A stretch of DNA of 64,000 nt from Methanotrichaceae archaeon (GTDB lineage: Archaea; Halobacteriota; Methanosarcinia; Methanotrichales; Methanotrichaceae): contig CAWDLW010000016.1 in assembly GCA_963803145.1 (NCBI GenBank), forward strand, positions 1-64,000, written 5' to 3'. The notes under the pieces were generated by a model. It made no database searches, had not been told where the DNA came from, and saw nothing but the letters and a program-made list of their open reading frames with translations. The position numbers were made by a program, and so were the translations under genes. Below, piece after piece: positions 61,512 through 64,000 of this stretch (within the stretch, counting starts at the first letter, position 1; every line of letters starts with the position of its first letter).

Positions 61512-62984
61512 ATGACTGATGTCTCCCTATGCTTCGAGGTCCATCAACCACTGCGGCTCAAAAGAGATTTCTTCTGGTGCGGTCAGCCTTTGAGGAGGGC
61601 AGTGCGCAATCTGCAAGACTTCTACTTCGATGACCAGGAAAACCGCAGAATATTCGAGAGAGTTTCGTCAAAGTGTTATCTTCCTGCCAACAGTATTCTC
61701 CTTGAGAGGATAAAGAAATTTGAGGCCTTTGAGAAGCCCTTCAAAGTAGCATATAGCTTCTCAGGAATCTTCCTCGACCAATGTATGAGATATAAACCGG
61801 AGGTTCTGGATTCATTTGTCAGTCTCATAGAAACTGGCCAGGTCGAGGTTATGGAGCAGACATACTACCACTCGCTTTCAAGCTTATTCGATAATAAGCA
61901 GGAGTTCTATGAGCAGGTCAGGATGCATAGGGAGCTTATCTGGGACTTTTTCGGGATCAAGCCCACAACCTTCGAGAATACTGAGCTTATCTATGATGAC
62001 GAGATCGCAAAGATGGTAGACGGCTTGGGATATAAGGCTATATTTACTGAGGGCATCATTGCCGATGCAAACTTCGTTTATAGGCCAAAGGGAACTGAAA
62101 TGTCGCTTCTTCTGAGGAACTATCAACTCACAGATGATATTGGCTTTCGGTTCTCATCGCGATGGTGGGAGGAGTATCCATTAACCGCAGACAAGTATGC
62201 ATCCTGGCTGGCTGCAGCTCATGGAAAGTGTATAAACATTTTCTGCGATTATGAAACATTTGGAGAGCACCAGTGGGAAGAAACGGGCATATTCGATTTC
62301 CTTAGATACCTTCCGGAGGAGATACTCAAATGGAATAATCTTAAGTTTTCAACGCCATCGGAGATCGCTAGGGATAATCCACCTGTAAATGAGATAAGCA
62401 TAGATAGGACAATATCCTGGGCGGATCTTGAGAGAGATACAAGTTGCTGGCTCGGGAATGCGCTACAACAAGCATGCTTCATCTATCTCAAAAGACTTGA
62501 AGCGCCTGCTAAGGAGAGCATGGACCAGGAGCTTATCGACACGTGGAGGCTGCTTGGGATAAGCGATCATCTTTATTATATGTTTACGCATGGAGGCGGG
62601 CCCGGACAGGTCCATAACTACTTCAGCCCATATGGCAACCCCTACGATGCTGCAATAACCTATTTCAGTGTGCTTTCGGATATGGACTATAGAGTTAAGG
62701 GAAAGATACGGTCCGCAGATGAGCCTTTCATATTCGTTGAGGGCAGCGGATGCTCAGCAGGAGATGCCGTCTGGAGCCTGGAGGGTATGGGCATGGCTCT
62801 TGCAAAGGTCGATACAGCATCTCTGGAGTATCATATGAGCAGGGGTGATATTGCTGCATGGATCAGAACGAGTCTAGGGGACAGCTGCCTGGCAGATGAG
62901 ATAGATAAGCTAGAGGACACCAGAGGAGAGAAGCTTAGGGATAATCTTCTTAGAGCAGTTATGTCAGAATTGAAAAAGGTATAA
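61512..62984 (+). CDS. GH57 alpha-amylase with C-terminal DUF5752-like extension
   Basis: 'FEVHQP','QTYYHSL','NTELIY','SDDI-like TDDIGFRF','DYETFGEHQW','SWAD'; tail 'SLEYHMSRGDIAAWIR..LGD..LA'. Confidence 0.93.
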   Translation: MTDVSLCFEVHQPLRLKRDFFWCGQPLRRAVRNLQDFYFDDQENRRIFERVSSKCYLPANSILLERIKKFEAFEKPFKVAYSFSGIFLDQCMRYKPEVLDSFVSLIETGQVEVMEQTYYHSLSSLFDNKQEFYEQVRMHRELIWDFFGIKPTTFENTELIYDDEIAKMVDGLGYKAIFTEGIIADANFVYRPKGTEMSLLLRNYQLTDDIGFRFSSRWWEEYPLTADKYASWLAAAHGKCINIFCDYETFGEHQWEETGIFDFLRYLPEEILKWNNLKFSTPSEIARDNPPVNEISIDRTISWADLERDTSCWLGNALQQACFIYLKRLEAPAKESMDQELIDTWRLLGISDHLYYMFTHGGGPGQVHNYFSPYGNPYDAAITYFSVLSDMDYRVKGKIRSADEPFIFVEGSGCSAGDAVWSLEGMGMALAKVDTASLEYHMSRGDIAAWIRTSLGDSCLADEIDKLEDTRGEKLRDNLLRAVMSELKKV

Positions 62985-62985
62985 C

Positions 62986-64000
62986 ATGCTGGGATACGTA
63001 TTTCGACCCGATAGTTTCGCCCAGGGGACAAGTCGCGAATGGCTGATAGGAAGCGGCTTGGGAGGCTATGCATCATCTACTGCAATTGGTGCAAACACAC
63101 GAGCCTATCATGGACTGCTTGTGGCTGCCGCGTCTCCTCCCGTGGGGCGGAAGTTACTTCTGTCCTCGCTCGATGAAGAAATAAATGGAGTCCAGCTCTC
63201 TAATCATCAGTATCCCGGAGTGGTTCACCCACAAGGCTTTAAATACCTCAGTGAGTTCGGATTCGATCCTTTGCCACGTTTTTCCTACATGGCAGGCAGT
63301 GTAAGAGTTGATAAGACTGTATTCATGCTTCAAGGCCAGAATACCACTATTATCGACTACAGAACCCAGGGCGAGGGCCGAATCAAGATAACGCCCTTGG
63401 TCCACTGCAGAAACTTCCATGCGGCATCAAATCTGCCCGAAATACGTCAGGAGGCGTCGGAGAAGGGCACCATCCTCAGATCAAGTTGCGATCTCTCCGT
63501 GCTATCAGATATTGCCGAGTATGTCCCAAAGGAAACTGTTTACTATAACTTTGAGTATGAGGCTGAGCGGTTGAGAGGCTTGTCCTGGAAGGAAAATCTA
63601 TTTTGTCCAGGGTACTTTGAGATCGATGTTTCAGGAGATACTGAGTTCGGCATAATGGCCTCGGCGGAAGAAAGCTCGATGCCCGATGTGGGAGAAGCTA
63701 TGAGAAAAGAAATCTCCCGTATTCTAAACTTAAAGGCGCCCTTGCCGAGATTTGCTCAGGCCACGGATTCTTTTATAGTCAAAAGGGGCCTGGGTAGAAG
63801 CATAATTGCAGGCTACCATTGGTTCGATGACTGGGGCCGTGATGCAATGGTGTCTCTGCACGGCCTTCTTCTCACAACAGGGCGTTTTGATGATGCCAAG
63901 GCAGTTCTCATGACATTCGCAGAAGCCATGAAGGATGGTGTTCTTCCCAATGATCTTGGAGCCAGATCATACAATACAGTTGATGCCTCCCTCTTATTTA
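62986..64000 (+). CDS. Glycogen debranching enzyme (amylo-alpha-1,6-glucosidase), 3' end beyond the window
   Basis: Read directly: 'REWLIGSGLGGYASSTAIGANTRAYHGLL' and in-frame 'IAGYHWFDDWGRDAMVSL...YNTVDASL'. Confidence 0.93.
   Translation, partial: MLGYVFRPDSFAQGTSREWLIGSGLGGYASSTAIGANTRAYHGLLVAAASPPVGRKLLLSSLDEEINGVQLSNHQYPGVVHPQGFKYLSEFGFDPLPRFSYMAGSVRVDKTVFMLQGQNTTIIDYRTQGEGRIKITPLVHCRNFHAASNLPEIRQEASEKGTILRSSCDLSVLSDIAEYVPKETVYYNFEYEAERLRGLSWKENLFCPGYFEIDVSGDTEFGIMASAEESSMPDVGEAMRKEISRILNLKAPLPRFAQATDSFIVKRGLGRSIIAGYHWFDDWGRDAMVSLHGLLLTTGRFDDAKAVLMTFAEAMKDGVLPNDLGARSYNTVDASLLF

Overview
Chromosomal window from a methanogenic archaeon; gene content (mtrEDCBAFGH, mtd, cooFS, gyrBA, marker 12, glycogen cluster) fits Methanothrix/Methanotrichaceae, an inference not checked by search. 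About 1-41 kb is mostly housekeeping: gyrase, the mevalonate/archaeal lipid genes, Mtr, F420 synthesis, sepF, a second soluble mtrA/mtrH-like pair, CODH and two tRNAs (Cys; intron-containing Gly). About 41-55 kb is an AT-richer accessory region with secreted proteins, an IS5-disrupted formate/nitrite channel, IS630, IS1634 and defence-like genes, ending at tRNA-Thr. About 55-64 kb is a glycogen metabolism cluster. Strongest unexplained signals: (i) a 2.1 kb HEPN + wHTH module bounded by two att-like sites with the same 7-bp core, whose outer arms rebuild a near-perfect palindrome; (ii) an in-frame, internally deleted TnpB element with both ends intact that rewrote the ZPR1 C-terminus; (iii) a 29-bp tandem repeat creating a chain of 8-aa micro-ORFs inside the thiolase-DUF35 operon; (iv) a soluble MtrA paralog with an MtrB-like tail. 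Family calls come from recalled motifs; no database search was run.
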